Assembly: GCA_013265495.1 (NCBI GenBank) | Contig: MU058654.1 | Location: forward strand, 124,001 to 188,000 | Reading direction: 5' to 3' | Source: Vicugna vicugna | Taxonomy: Eukaryota | DNA length: 64,000 nt | Position numbers and translations under genes: made by a program | Notes under the pieces: model-generated | Seen by the model: the letters and a program-made list of their open reading frames with translations, nothing else | Databases searched by the model: none | Told to the model about the DNA's origin: nothing | Part shown: in pieces, positions 25,426 to 40,429 of the stretch | Position numbering within the stretch: the first letter of the stretch is position 1 | Layout of the letters: the number at the start of each line of letters is the position of its first letter

Positions 25426-27689
25426 GTCTCGGAGAACTCTATTAGAGGCGAATTTTATTACTAATATGTAGTGGTGGAATCACTTTTAAGTGCCCAGGAT
25501 CTGTAATGTTTCATACCAGACTTTGGTGTCATCAAAAGGCTGAAATGAAAGTGAAGACTCTTAATATAAAATACATTCATCCCTTGAGGAGTTTCTTAAG
25601 TCAGAATATTGCACTCCAGTCAAAATATATAGAACGTTAATTTAAAACTAACTAAGGTCTGTGTCAAGAAGTGGATGAGTCTCTTATTTTAATACTTTTC
25701 AGAGAATAAACCTTGAATGAAATTTAGCAGTATTTTTTTCCTCTTCCATGAGAATTGCATACACAATTTTGTAATCTAATTACCACATCAAAGTGACTGA
25801 TTTATGCTTGTCTCATCATTCTCCTCACCTTCTTATTAACTTAGAAAAGTTCCTTTTGCTCAGGGACTTGGTTTAGGAATATTTTCAAACATTTCATTCT
25901 ATAGTGTAGGGATTTGTCAAGGTTTATTTCAGGTTATTACATTCCCTGAGCCTTTCAAGATGACTCCTTTCCATTCCAAGGATCTTAACTGAAGTGTCCA
26001 GCACTATTAACATAATAAGAGGCTTTGACTTCATTGGGTTACAAGAGAACACCATGAATTCCAAAGCGAGGCTTTAGAAGACAGATACAGAGGGATCTAG
26101 GAGATACAGGTTATCTTCTGACCCACTTGCCTTTCCATTGATGTTCAGATACTTGGCTTTCTGAGCCTCACTGCTTTGACCCACAAGCATCCAATTATTT
26201 TCAATTTAGATATAGTTGTCACCACCTTTGCTTTTCAGCCTTGAACATGGGTTTCCCAAGTTTCAAAAGGAAATTGATGTTGAAAAGAATAAGAGGAAGC
26301 TTGTAGATGTTTGACTCCTTTTCTTCTTCTTCTACAAATTATAGTAGCTTAAATTCTGACCAGACAGGTTGATCTAGCTAGAAAGAAAGTTCACCATGAA
26401 AGCATATCAAAGGTGCTGTGGGTTCATGGAGAATGACACAGGCAATGATGTCATCCTCAATTCCTTCTTCGCCCTGATACTCCACATGTATGGACCATCA
26501 AATCCAATTGACTTCATCTCAGACACAGAACTCTAATTTCCTTTTCACACTTCGATGCCACTGAATTTGTCCAGAAGTTTCAATAATACATTTTTTTAAA
26601 AGTTGGTGGTTGGTCCAGTTTGTTGGTGTTTGGATAGATCATATCAGTTTGGTGTGACCAGACAAGTCAATCATATCTGACCATCCAACATATGTTTATC
26701 ATCTGGCTGAACGACTTGCTATGCTTAGCTCTGCAGAGTATGGTGTGAAAAGTGTTCAGTTCTGATTGTCACACCTGAGCCTATTCAAGCAATAGTTCAA
26801 ATTTTATCGAAACCTGTATTTTAATGGTCCAATTAGCAAAAATCATAACATTTTCACATAAGTATCTGGCATACCATGGTTCAGAGTCTTATGAGTCTTC
26901 CCCAAGGAGAATTGGAAAGTTCAAGTATGCTTAAGGGAGAGATTTAGTACTCCTGCACAGGATTGTGTTACCATCTGAAAAATGCTCTTTGATTTAGAAC
27001 TGTCAGTTCAAGTGTGATTATAAATTATGGAGTAAATCATAATGGGCAGGGGGAATAAATATTATACCTGAGGGTTTGCAAGACAGCCTCCAGACACTAG
27101 AGAGCTTTAAATCAGCTAGTCGTGCCTCCTTTCTGTTCTCTATAGAATATTGGCCAAAACAATGGGATTTTGAAGGAACAGTTCTAAATATTTCATGGTA
27201 CTATTTGTATTGCTATGTAGAAAAACTATTTGCTGTAGTTATATGAAGTTCTGGCCAAAGATTAGATCCTATCACTCTTTCTACTAAAAACTACTTCAAT
27301 TTTAATAAGTTCAAAATGCTTATAATTATTTAAGATAGATCAATTTTCTAAGCTTTAAAAGGTTAAGAGATGCAAGTTGATATTTTCCAGTTATTAACAC
27401 CGGAAGACTATTCTGTACAAAAGAAAATGCCAGTTTAGTCAAAAAGCAGAGGAATAACAAGTGCTTATTGTTACTGTGTGGGCAAGTTGGGAACGTAACA
27501 GTAACACAAGTATATTGATCTTGGTGAGTGGGAGCCCATATAGATGAACCCATGCGAGACCAACAATATTGCTACAACAGTCATGAGACTATTAGGCAAA
27601 GACGGGGAAAAATGCTGAATTAACATGCCTAGAATAGGCCATCAATTTACTCATTTGCTTGTTCGTTTATTTAATGTTTAATTTTTATT

Positions 27690-30600
27690 ATGTCTTTTTT
27701 TCTTGTTTCCCCGTCTTTACTGAGATACAATTAACATATAACTTGCATAAGTGTAAGGTTTATAATATGCTGGTTTGACACACTTATATATTGCAAAATG
27801 ATTACCACCATACCATTAGCTAACACTTTCATCCCATCACATAATTACTATTTCTTTCTTGTGGTAAGAACATTTAAGATCTACTTTCTTAGCAAATTTC
27901 AAGTATATTATGCAGTATCATTAACTATAATCACCACTCTGTATATCAGATCCCCAGAACTCATTCATCATAAACTGGAGCGTATACCCTTTGACCAACA
28001 TCTCCCCACTTTCCCCAACTACCAACCCCTGGTAACCACCACTCTCCTCTGTTTCTATGAGTTCAACCTTTTTAGATCCCACACACATAAGTGTTATCAT
28101 ATTATATGTATCTTTCTCATGTCTGGCTTATTTCATTTAGCATAATGCCTTCAAGATTCACCCATGTTGTTGCAAATGGCAGGATTTCCCTTCTTCTTGT
28201 GATTGAATAATTTTCCACCGTGTGTGTTTGTGTGTGTGTGTATATCACATCTTTTTCATCCATCTATGTGTTGATAGACACTTAGGTTGCTTCCATATAT
28301 TGGCTATTGTGAATAATGCTGAAATTGAATATGACACTGCATATATCTCTTTGAGATCTGTTTTCATTTCCTTTGGATATATACCAGAAATGGAATTGCA
28401 GGATCATATAATAGTATTGGTTTCTTAATATTTCCGTAGTGGCTCTGCCAACTTATATTCCCACCAGCAGTACACAAGGTTCTCTTTCCTCCATATCCTC
28501 ACCAACATTTGTTATCTCCTGTTTTTCGACACCATCCATTTGTAAAATATGGGGTGATCGCGCATTGCATTTTGAATGTGCTCTCCCCTGATGATTAGTG
28601 ATGTCAAATATCTTTCAATGTGCCTGTTGGCTACTAGTACGTCTTCTTTGGAAAAATGTCCTTTTAGTTCCTCTTTCCATTTTTAAATCAGATTTTTTTT
28701 CTGTTGAGTTGTATGAGTTATTTATTTATTTTGGACATTAGCTTTTTATCAGATATATGATTTGCACACATTTTCTCCCATTTCATAGGTTTCGTTTCAC
28801 TGTTTCCTTCGCTACACAGAAGCTTTCAGTTTTATGTAGCCCCATTTATTTATGTTTCCTTCTGTTGCTTGCGCTTTGACTGTTATATCCACAAAATCAT
28901 TTCTAAGACCCACATCAAGGAGTTTTTTTTTTTCTAATTTTCTTCTAGGAGTTTTACAGTTTTCATTTTTATGTAAAAATCTTTAATCCATTTTGAGTTA
29001 ACACTTGTGAGTGTTGTAAAAGTGTAGGTCCAGTTTAATTGTTGTGCATGTGATTATCCAGTTTTCACTACACCATTTATTGAAGGGACTACCTTTTTAT
29101 CATTGACTTATTTTTGTCTCTCTTGCAAAATATTAATCAACTGTATATGCAAGGGTTTTACTTCTAGGCTCTCAATTCTATTCCATTGGCACATATATGT
29201 CTATTTTTATGCCAATTCCATACTGTTTTTCATTACTGTAATTTTGTAGAATAGTTTAAAATCAGGTAGTGGGATGCCTCCAGCTTTGGGCTTCTTTCTC
29301 AGGATTGTTTTGGCTCTTCAGTGTCTTTTCTGGTTCTGTATAGCTTTTAAAATTGTTTTTCTGCTTCTGTGTAAAAGCCATTGAAATTATGATATAGAGT
29401 GCACTGAATGATGTCTTTGGATTGGAGACATTTTACCAATATAAATTCCTCCAGTCCATGAACACAGGATACCTTTCCATTTGTTTGTGTCTCCTTTAAT
29501 TTCTTTCTTGTAGTCATAATTCTCGGTGTACAGAACCTCCTTGGTTAAATTCACTCCAGAGTATTATTGTTTGTTTGTGATGTTATTGTGAATGGGGTTG
29601 TTTTGCCTCTCAGATTTTTTGGTTAGTGCATGAAAGTGTGAATGATACCTCTGTGTTGATTTTGTATCCTACATTACTGAATTATTTAATCAGTTCTATC
29701 AGATTCTTTTGTGGAGTCTTTAGGATTTTCTATACCTAAGATCATATCACCTGTAAAAAATAATCAATTCACTTTTTCCTTTAAATTTGGATGACTTCTT
29801 TTTCTTGCCTAATTGCTTTGGCTAGGATGTCTTTCATGCTGTTGAATAGGAATGGCCCAAGTGGGCACCATTGTCTTGTTCCTGGTCTTAGACAAAAAGC
29901 TTACAACTTTTTACCATTGATATTAGTTGTGGGCTTGTCATATACGGCCTTTATTATGCTGAAGTATGTTCCTTTTACACAGAAAGCTTTGACCGTTTTT
30001 TAGCACAAAAAAAGATGTTATATTTTGCCATTTTTTCTGCAACCATTGAGAACTTTTATTCTATTAACATGGTGTATCATATTTACTGACTTGTGGGTGT
30101 TGAGCCACCCTTCATGCCAGGGCTAAATCCCATTTGATTATGATGTATGAGCCTTTTGCTGTGCTGTTGAATTCATTTTGCTAATATTTTTTTGAGAACT
30201 TTTGCATCTGAATTTATCAGGGGTATTGGTCTATAGTTTTCTTTCATTTTTTTTTGTAGTGTCCTCTTCTTCCATTTTTTGGAAAATGTTCACGTCTCTT
30301 CCATTTTTAGAAAAGCTTGGGAAGGATTAGCATTAATTCTTCTTTAAATGTTTGATAAAATTCACCAGTGAAATCATCTGGTTCTGGAATCGCTGATTCC
30401 ATCTCTTCACTCCTTATTACTCTGTTCAGATTTTCTATTTCTTCCCAATTCAGTCTTGGTAGGTTGCATATTTCTAGGAATTTATACATTTCATCTAATT
30501 CACCCAATTTATCAGTGTATAATTCTTCATAGTAATTTTTATGATAATTTGCATGTTTGTGGTATCCGTTGTAATTTTGTTTGTATTTTCAAAACACTAA

Positions 30601-31192
30601 CTTTTAGCTTTGTTAATATTTTCTATTGTCTTTCTGGTCTCTATTTTATTTATTTCTGCTCTGATATTTGTTAATTCCTCCCCTTTGCTCATATTGCGCT
30701 TAGTTTTTTCTCTGTTTTCTAATTCCTTGAGGTATAAAGTTTAGTTGCTTATTTGAGATTCTTTTTTTCTTAGTATCGGCGTTTATCTCTATAAACTTCC
30801 CTCTCAAAATAGCTCTTCCAGCATCTCATGAGTTTTGATACACTTGTTTGCATTTTTGTTTGTCTCAGGATTTTTTTTAAATTTCTCTTTTGCTTATCTT
30901 TGAATCATTGATTGTTCAAGAGTGTGTTGTTTTATTTGCATACATTTTTGAATTTTCCAGCTTTCCTCCTGTTGTACAGTTCTAGTTTGTAGCACTGTGG
31001 TCTGAAGAGATACTTGGTATGATTTAAGGCTTCTAAAAGTTTTAAGACTTGTTTAATGATCTATCGTATGATCCCTGTGCACTTGAGGTAAGTGTGCATC
31101 GTTCTGCTGTTGGGTGCAATGTTCTTCATGGGACTGTTAGCAATTTGATCTAAAGTAATGTTCAAGTCCAGTGTTTTCTACTTGATTTTCTA
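27690..31192 (-). mobile_element. ~3.5 kb L1 (L1MA9-like 3' end and decayed ORF2 with internal deletions)
   Basis: 3'UTR AGAACATTTAAGATCTACTTTCTTAGCAAATTTCAAG; ORF2 peptide LDEMYKFLEICNLPRLNWEEIENLNR...PDDFTGEFYQTFKEEL (30307-30507); many stops and frameshifts. Confidence 0.92.
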
Positions 31193-31718
31193 ATTTTAAA
31201 GGTTCCCCTTCTTCCCAATAAGACGCCCTGAGAAGTTGTGGATTCAGTTTGCAGTGTTATTCAGTCCATTTCAGCATTAGCCTTGGGGGTTGTTGTTTTT
31301 CAGAAATCTTAACCTTATGGCTACAGGAGACAGGGGTTTATTGTAGGGTAGTCGTAAAAACTTTTTGATTCCTTATCCACATCTTAAGCAGGGAATTTAA
31401 AACCTTGACCTTAGAGTTTTCTTTATTCAAGTTATCCTTTGTAAACAATAAACTCAAATGCCATTATACTCTTTGTTTTCATTAAAATGTTGTTATCAGC
31501 TACTTGCCCAAAGCCTTGCCTTCTATGGGCACTTGACTCCAGTTCATTGTGGATAATAAGCTAATTAATGTTTAGCCACTGCATGCCATGAACCACCCCT
31601 GTCCCATTTATAGGTGACATCAAAGTCTTAATTTTCTTTTTTAACATCTAGTCAGATCAGAGAATCAATTCCATCTTTAAGGTCCTGTTCCTGTAGGATT
31701 ACTTCTAGGAGCAAGAAC

Positions 31719-32296
31719 TGTTCTAGTCAGTTTACTCAGGGAAGTAGAGTTACTATGAATGCTAGAGGCATAAGGGATTAATTATAGAAACTCGACCTTA
31801 CACAAATGAGGGGAGAATGGGGAAAAGAATGTCTGGAAGGGAGAATCAGAGACCAGAGAGTCACTAAATGATTTGCCTGAAGTGATAGCAAGGGTGAAAA
31901 ATTGGAGCTTGAAGGGAAATCTGAGATGCCGCACGTTAGGCACCCAATGAGGACCAGGCAGGGGAATCTAACAAAAGGATAACAGGCAAGCTGTAGCCGC
32001 CATGGGGCTATGACTTCTGCGGATCTGCAGTCAAGTGTCTGGTGGCTGCTGTTGGAGAGCAAAGCCAGTAGTCCGGATGAGCTGGATGTGAAGTGGAGGA
32101 GACCAAGGAAGCCAGCACCCAGCAGGCACCTGTGTCCCTTTATCACTACGTCTGATTGTAATAACCTGCTTTACTTCCGCCTTCTAAGCTCGGCAAGGTC
32201 GTCTCTCGGCCAACTCTAGCTCAGAACCATGCAGGGAAGGGAAGGTGGTACCGCATTTCCCACCTTACCCAAACAGAGGATAGCATAATCCAGCAC
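31719..32296 (-). mobile_element. Old ERVL-class solo LTR (LTR41/LTR50/LTR52-like)
   Basis: Minus strand begins GTGCTGGATTATG...TTCCCTTCCCTGCATGGTTCTGAGCTAGAGTTGGCC...GAAGGCGGAAGT; shares terminal motifs with 44890-45495. Confidence 0.6.
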
Positions 32297-32669
32297 TGGA
32301 GAGTCAATAGAGTGAAAAGAAAAAAGGTTGATATCATTCCTACTTCTGCAAATTTCTAGTTTTATAATCTTATGCAAGGTGTTTAATCTCGTTGGCTCTT
32401 ACTTTCTTCTCCTGTACGTTAGGAACAGTATAATAATGCTGTCTCATAATGTGGAAAATAAAATGAGATCTTTTTCAGGGAGGGGATAAAATGTGAACTA
32501 AGCTAAACATATGAAAGAAAATATTATTCTTCTTCCTTAATTGCCTTGTATTCATTTCTACAGCATGAAAGATCCACCCAAACTACCTAACTCCTAAAAG
32601 ATATTTCATAGTGGTAGATTGTATGGTATTTAGAGAACAGACAAAGAAAATAAATGCTCTTAAAAGCTA

Positions 32670-32870
32670 GATAAAGGTGTAAATGCTGGCTCACAAACTT
32701 ACTATTCATACAGCCTTGAGCAAGTTACTAAATCTCTCTAAGTTATTAAAATTGTAAAACTGGACAATAATGTCTTCCTGTTTAGAATTATTCTAGGTAT
32801 TAGAAATAATATGTTGGATAGTTACCCAGTTACCACTTAATAAATGCTTATTATTTTTATTGTTATTATT
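32670..32870 (+). mobile_element. MIR SINE
   Basis: CCTTGAGCAAGTTACTAAATCTCTCTAAG...TGTAAAA. Confidence 0.6.
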
Positions 32871-33052
32871 ACAACTCAGCCTGAAGATTACTTAGTACAA
32901 GAATGAAACTCACTCCTGAGCCATTTACCTGAGTTCTGAGAAAGAAAATTGAACATGTCTGTATCTGTGTGTCCACCACCAAGCACTGTCCTTAGATGGT
33001 TCATGATTTACTTAGTTTTTGTTTTTTTTTAATCTAGTGCCTAGTACAGGAC

Positions 33053-33614
33053 CTGTTCATAGCAGCACTATTTACAATAGCCACGACATGGAAACAACCT
33101 AAATGTCCATCAACAGATGGCTGGATAAAAAAGCTATAGTATATTTATACAATGGAATACTACTTGGCCATAAAAATGAATAAAATAATGCCATTTGCTG
33201 CATGGATAGACCTGGAGATTGTCAGTGAGCCGGAAAAAGAAAGAAAAATATATGATATCACTTATATGTGGAATCTAAAAAAAAAAAAANNNNNNNNNNN
33301 NNNNNNNNNNNNNATTTACGAAAACAGACTCACACACATAGAAAACAAACTTACGGTTACCAGTGGGTGGACGGGGGTGGGAAGGGATAAATTGGGAGTT
33401 TGAGATTTTCAGATACTAACCACCATATATAAAATAAATAAACAAGTTCATACAATATAGCACAGGAACTATATTCAATATCTGGTAAGAACCTAGAATA
33501 AAAAAGAATATGAAAATGTATATATGTATGTATATGTAAGACTGAACTATTATGTTGTACACCAGAAACTGACACAACCTTGTAAACTGACTGACTACTT
33601 CAATTAAAAATAAA
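33053..33614 (+). mobile_element. 5'-truncated L1 (ORF2 C-terminus and 3'UTR) containing the assembly gap
   Basis: TGTTCATAGCAGCACTATTTACAATAGCC...MEYYLAIKMNKIMPFAA...ACTTCAATTAAAAA. Confidence 0.92.
33290..33313. other. Assembly gap (24 N)
   Basis: Run of N after an internal A tract of the L1. Confidence 0.99.
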
Positions 33615-35029
33615 CAGATGGCACTGAGTCACCCTGAGAAAGTCCTCCTCTCCCTGTGTGTCCCCCGCAGCAGTATCTTCTCTTACACTGCTTGTGAATC
33701 GTTGCTTTGAAGAGTCTCTGACTCACATCCTCACAGAACCACCAATCCCCTTTAGTGCAAACTGAATACCTATCATGTTCATCTCTCTGTGACATTCCTG
33801 CGAAGATACCGTCTACAAATCTACCCAAAGTCCTAGTAGCACCTTGAAATTCAGAAACTTCTTTTAAACAAATTAATGTTAAACAAATAAAGAATCACAT
33901 CTAAGTAGGAAAAACAGCTAACTCAGATGCCTGGCAGTTCAAAGCAATAAAGTTTTCATATGTCCAGCACAAGGGAAAATACACTGAAGGACTCAGGAGA
34001 GCCAGTACTGATGAAAATAGTCAAAGAATTCAGTCAATTCCGGGGGAGGGGGGAGGGGAGTCGTCAACTGAATGGGCAACTCAGACACAAATCCAGGCAA
34101 AATCAAAAAATTCAAATGTTAGAAATATTACAATCAGAACCTTAGCTTTGCTATTCTATTTTTTTCTCTTTTTCCCTTTCTTATGAAACTTTTCCATCAG
34201 AGCTGAGATCACCGATAAACTGCCGACACTGGGAAAAACAGCGATATTGAAAGGTTTTTCATACCTTAAGACTCATTATTAAAATTACCCATATCCACAA
34301 TTGAGTTCTTGAGCATAAGTAATCAAATGGTTCAGGTCTTCTTAATGGAGGTAAACACATTGATTCACCACTACACGCCAGCTTTACGCTAATTTAGGGA
34401 AAGAGCTGGCAGTCTGTGCTAGTGAGACAGAAGCCATTTCTCTTTTCCGAGCCTCCCACTGCACGTGTTTGTTGAATTTCCAATTACCTTAGTGCTTATA
34501 TCAACCTCTTTGAGTTATTGCAGGTGATAGAAACCCTGGCTCCCTTGTCAGCTCTCAAAACAAATCACCCCAAATTATCCACATCCTTATCTTTGCAGCT
34601 GAGATGGAAGAGTGAAAAGAAAGAAAGACCTAAAAGTTTCTTTAAGAAAGGTAGGAATCTGACTCACATGGGAGATTACCATCTATTTTTTTCTGGATGC
34701 TGAAAGAGTTAAGATCTGGGTCTTTAAACCTGTTAAATGACACCAGGAATGATGACTTCTGCAGAAATCAAGAGCTTGTCAGTGAATGAACTCCCAGCCA
34801 GCGGTCCCACAAAGGGACAATTCAAAATACAAGCTTTGTGTTATATCTTGTGGGGCCCTTTCTATACCGAATGCAGATCAATGTCCAAACAGCCCTTGAA
34901 GCATTTTCATTGACATAATCAAAGAGTGTTTAAAGGTGCATAAATGCTTTGTTACCAGTGATATTGTTAGGCACACACATTTCAAATCAAATATTCAAAC
35001 AAATATTCAATCACGTTTAAGAAACAATG

Positions 35030-35823
35030 TTTCTTCTTTTCCCCAAATTGAAGTATAGTCAGTTTACAATGTTGTATCAATTTCTGGTGTGCAGCATAAT
35101 AGTTCAGTCATACATACACATTCATATATTTGTTTTCATATTCCCTTTCATTATAGGTGACTACAAGATAGTGAATCTAGTTCCCTGTGCTATACAGTAT
35201 AAATTTGTTGCTTATCTATTTTAAATATACTAGTTAGTATTCGCAAATCTCGAACTCCCAATTTATCCCTTCCCACTCTCTTCCCCCCAGGTAACCATAA
35301 GTTTGTTTTCTATGTCTGTGAGTCTGTTTCTGTTTTGTAAATTGGTTTATTTGTCTTTTTTTTCTTTTTTTTTAGATTTCATATATAAGTGATACCATAT
35401 GGTATTTTTCTTTTTCTTTCTGGCTTACTTCACTTAGAATGACGATCTCCAGGTCCATCCATGCTGCTGCAAATAACATTATTTTATTTATTTTTATGGC
35501 TGAGTAATATTCCATTGTGTAAATATATTACAACTTCTGTATCCAGTCATCTGTTGATGGACATTTAGGCTGTTTCCATGCCTTGGCTATTGTAAATAGT
35601 GCTGCTGTGAACACTGGGATGCAGGTGTCTTTTCAAATTAGAGTTCCCTCTGGATATATGCCCAGGAGTGGGATTGCTGGATCATATGGTAAGTCTATTT
35701 TTAGTTTCTTTGAGGAATCTACATACTGTTTTCCATAATGGCTGCACCAAACTACATTCCCACCAGCAGTGTGGGAGGGCTCCCTTTTCTCCACACCCTC
35801 TCCAGCATTTGTCATTTGTAGAT
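35030..35823 (-). mobile_element. 5'-truncated L1 (ORF2 C-terminus and 3'UTR)
   Basis: Peptide [27 protein letters not shown]...[18 protein letters not shown]; 3'UTR matches those at 20273 and 33053; possible TSD AGAAACAATGTT / AGAAAAGATGTT. Confidence 0.93.
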
Positions 35824-37042
35824 TTAACTGTAGAGAAAAGATGTTCCTGAAAGACTGGGTCGTGCCTGCCCAGGTACAGAGAGCAGAGTCATTGATAAAC
35901 ACACATATGAACGCAGGGCTGGAGAAAAATGAACCAGGAGCAAGGAAATGGTCCTCCCAATGCACTGCCATTCACTAGCTGGTGGACCCAGAACCCTAGG
36001 TTCTTCTTCTTAAAAATAATGTCAAGCTCCTCCTTGCCCTGCTTCCAGGGGATGGGGAGAGCTGATATGTGCAGTTTGAAAAGATGGTTTATAGCTGAAG
36101 CCGCTTGACTCTCTGACTTTGGGGTGTTGAGGGAGGGGACAACTGGCCAAAGAGTCTTTCCTTTTTAACTTATCTTTGTAAGGAGGGGAGACTCTGGTGC
36201 CGTCACTTTTGCATTTTGGGAGATCAGGACTTAAATCAGTGAGAGGTGAGACCCGGGCATCTTTCCTGGTGAAAAACAACGCAGGGCGAGGACGTCGGCA
36301 CACTTACATTTAAGGGAGCACATCGCAGTGCAAATTGGGTCATCGCAGGAAATATAAAAGCATTATTCCTCGGAGATTTGAAAAAAAAATGTAATTACTT
36401 CTTCCACCAAGCATGATTCTTTTCAATAACCTTCATTTTTGTCCCCGGGAAATGAAAAGAGGTTTACATTAAAAAGGCATTTCCTCTGACTCCGTGTCCT
36501 TGAGCCGCACAAAATGTAAGCCATTCCCTCCCGCCCTCTTTTGAGGAAAAAGGGGGCTTCAATCTCTCCTTCTGAACACGGTCCATTTAAATAAGGAGAT
36601 GGAGTCCCATCTTTTCGATCAGCCCCATTGTTTGACTTGTCAGTAATAACACTTGAGCTGAAATTGTACAGGCGTCCCGCTAATTTAGTAATTATTGACA
36701 TGGTGCTGAGCAGGAAATGACAGCAAACAGAAGGAACTGTTAAGGAGAGATGAAATAAAAGATGTTCATATCATTGTTGAGTAATGGTCGAGATCATTTT
36801 GTGCTTTAAGTAGGCCCAAGACACCTTTCTCCATTTTCCTGACACATTTATAATTTATGCTTTGTAATAGTTCCAAATATTTTTAGGACGCCGGACTTTG
36901 TTTGAGAATCTTGCCCAACTGAATGAGGATCACGAAGCATACACACAGACGAGTGGGCTCTGTGACCCGTGGCAGCGTCCCGGTTAAGCGACAGCCCCGT
37001 TCAGTCCCAGCCTGCCTCTCCTAATGCCGTTTCTTCCCCTTT

Positions 37043-37082
37043 CTCTCTCTCTCTCTCTCTTTTTTTTTTTTTTTTGTTTTTT
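37043..37082. repeat. (CT)n followed by poly-T
   Basis: Directly visible. Confidence 0.92.
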
Positions 37083-37994
37083 AATTTGCATTTCCATTTA
37101 TTGTCTTAGCTCTGGCTAAGATCCTTGTTGCTAGGATAGGCGATGCAACTCATGCAGTTACAAGTCTAGACGGCATTTTCATTTATTTATTTAAGTTTTT
37201 CATCTGGAGCCTTTACTTAGCTGTAAGAACTCCCCTAAAGTTTGGTAAGCATGGATTTGAATGGGTCATTTTTTTTTAAAGTTCCATATATGTGCATTAA
37301 TGTCACCCGTGCTAAAGTAATGTACGCAGGCGTGTATTAATTCATGTGTCTGATAACAAACTGGTCATAAAAATACTGGGGCTGGAGAACACACATTTGG
37401 GAATGACCTGCTAGAAGAATGTAAATATTGAGTCTAAGAAAATACAGTGTATCTTTTTACTGATGCTGATACTGGAGAATAAGAAAGACATCTTTTGTAC
37501 AGAGCAACCATGGTATATGGCATTTACTATTATGAAATGATTTTGTATCAGAACATAACTTGCCAATGCTAGAGGACAAAGCTTTATAGCACAATACAAC
37601 GTATTAAATGTGTTTGTGTTACGACATAGTTGTGTGGTATTGCATTTTCCTTAATGTAGCCTGTCATCAAATCAGCACAATTTTAATAAGAACTTGGAAA
37701 CTTTTATTTTTAAAGGCAGCATGATTAGCTTTGAAAATGCTTCACCGAAAGGGGAATGGATATACAATAGGATCAAAATATGTAAGACAAGGAAGCATAG
37801 AGTAAAGGATGGGAAAGAAAGAAACCAAAAATGTCTCGGAGAGTGAGGTTGTGGGAGACTGTGATGAAACAGACAGTAGCCCTGCTCGTTTACAGGAAGA
37901 GAGCAGCAAAGACGTGTTAACCAAGCGCATGCGCCAGGTGCCATCTGTCGCACTTACCATGACTTAACTTCCCTATTCCTCTAACAAAACATAT

Positions 37995-38130
37995 TTTTCA
38001 GATTTTACCAAGGAGAGATCTGACGCTCAGAGGGGAGGGTCAAAATGCTGTCCAGAGTCATGATTATGGTTTTAGCAGTTATCGGCTCTCTGATTTCTGA
38101 GCCAGAGCTCTCAAACACTGCACTATTTTG
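37995..38130 (-). mobile_element. MIR SINE
   Basis: ATTTTACCAAGGAGAGATCTGACGCTCAGAG...CAGAGCTCTCAAACACTGCACTA. Confidence 0.55.
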
Positions 38131-40429
38131 CTCTTTCTAACTTTCTTCTCTTATTTTCCTATTTTTCTCTGGTTGGCAATATTACTACAGGGATTAAACC
38201 AAATACAGACAGTTAAAAAGAAGACTCCGAATAGCATGGATTTATAATAGCTCACATCACGTCTTACAGCTCTACCTTATTGTCTAGTTCTTTATACTAT
38301 GAGTATCATTTTTTTTCCCCTGTGGCCTTCACATTTTTAAAAACTCCATTGTACATCCAAAGATGATAATATTGGAGAAATAATTCAAGCGCTAATGTAC
38401 CAAGTCAGTGGAGAGGTGCCATGGATGAACATACAAAAGATTAGACTCATATGTAGCTGAGAAAAACACCCGCCCATTAGAAACAAACAAACAAAAGCTA
38501 CTTTGCTAAATGTATTTGGGAAGAATCATGATATAGCTTTACACAGATAATCTTAAAGCGTTCACATTCCATTGAAAGACTACATACTAAAAAATTCTTT
38601 TTTGGTTGTGTCACAAAATGATCCTTCCATGATGTCCTGTTGAACAATCAGCACGAATGGAGAGCACTCTTGATTTCATTCATCTATACTGCTATGTAGA
38701 TAAATTTCTCAGCTCAATTTCCATGCTAGTATGTGGTCAGAAGAGTCTTAAGCACAGGGACACTCTATTTAAGAGCTCAAAATACAGCTGATTAGGGCTA
38801 CCCAAGCCATTCCAACATTCTTTTCTCCAGGAAGTGTATTACGTACTGCAAACAAGCTAGACAAAAACTGCTGCATGTCGTCATGTGAACATCCCTATGT
38901 ATACACATATGTACTCTCATTCTCTAGGTGAAGAATAAAAAGAAATTTTTTAAAAAACTGCCATCAGCTTATTATTCTATCTCAAGATATCTTGAATCTC
39001 AGGTTAGGTGATTTTACCTGCAGCATACTGGAATCTATGTGATGTATTAAATCTGAAGCAATTGCTGATGTGTGAAAGAAGGAAGTGGCCCAGAGAGCAT
39101 CAGTAGTGGCTGTTGAAAGTAACAATTCAAAACAATGCCAGGGCCAGGACGGTACTAGGTTACTTAAGCTCAGAGGTAGGGATTTAAGTTCCTCAATCTG
39201 TGAGTTGCAACTTATTTATATTAAGGGAAGGCCTATCGCATTCCTTGCATTTCAGTAGAGGTAATTCAATCAAAGATGCCTTAAAACTGTACTCACTTTG
39301 AGAGTAAATAAAAACCAATTTGCAAACTACGTAAAAAATTCAAGGCTTCCAATGGGAGAGGCTATTAATTGAGGAAAAGTAGTTATCCATTTGAAAGACA
39401 GTCTCTTGAGTGGTGCTTAGTATTTATACCATTTCTTGTTAAAAAAAAAACAAACAAACTTGATTTTTGACTCCTATTATCATTGAAGATATAATACGTC
39501 TGATTTTCCCCTCTGCCTAAGTGTCTTCAGGGCCTGCTCTTCACCCTGGGTCCCATGATCTTCTCAGTTGCAAGGTCAACTGAACTGGAAGAACTTGTCT
39601 CAATGGCTGATTCTGACCAGTTATGGCTATGGTTGGGTGGGTGCCCCTTCCCTGTGTGATTCCATAGTATTTTGTACAGAGTGTGCCTACTTTATGCAAG
39701 GAATTATGAACAGAATGCCTAGTTTGTGTAACCCATCTTTGTACCTCCAGCACCCAGCCCTGATGCCCTATAAATATAAATTAATAAATATAGTAATAAA
39801 TGTATTACTATATATCACTATAAATTCCTACAGGACAGGATAAAGATCACACCCCTTATATAAATAAATAAGTAAACAAAAGACTATCTTCATTTAGAAG
39901 AGTTGTTATTAGGAAGGGAACGAACTGAGGATGACGGCAGCAAAAGCTCCATTCATAATTTGGGTGCATGCGAGTTTAGCTCCGAATCCAGCTAAAAGCA
40001 GTTGAAGCCTTAGGGGGAACTTGCAGTGACAATATCAACTCCTTTTTTTATATCAGAGCTACAAAAGATTGATTTCAGAAAGACTTATTTTTGCTGGCTG
40101 CTCCTGCCAGGGACAGATGTGCAGTTTCCCACCATTCCAGCTGCATCTCCATCCAGGAGCCATTCTCCTACCCTGGCGGCCCCGATACTGCCCTCCCACA
40201 GGTGAGGCCCAGCAGCCTGTGACCTGCCCACAGTACCTAAGGATGACTTCACCACATGTGGACCAGCAGCTGTAGCAGATGCATCAGATGATCAGCAACC
40301 TGTCACCTGTGAGCCCTGAATCAAAACCATGATCTGGCTACAGACTGGTGGGAGTGGGAATCGGGCTGGAAGAATTAGTGGCAGGTGGCAGAAAGAGAAA
40401 GTGTTATGAAGATCAGGATCATGGGCATG

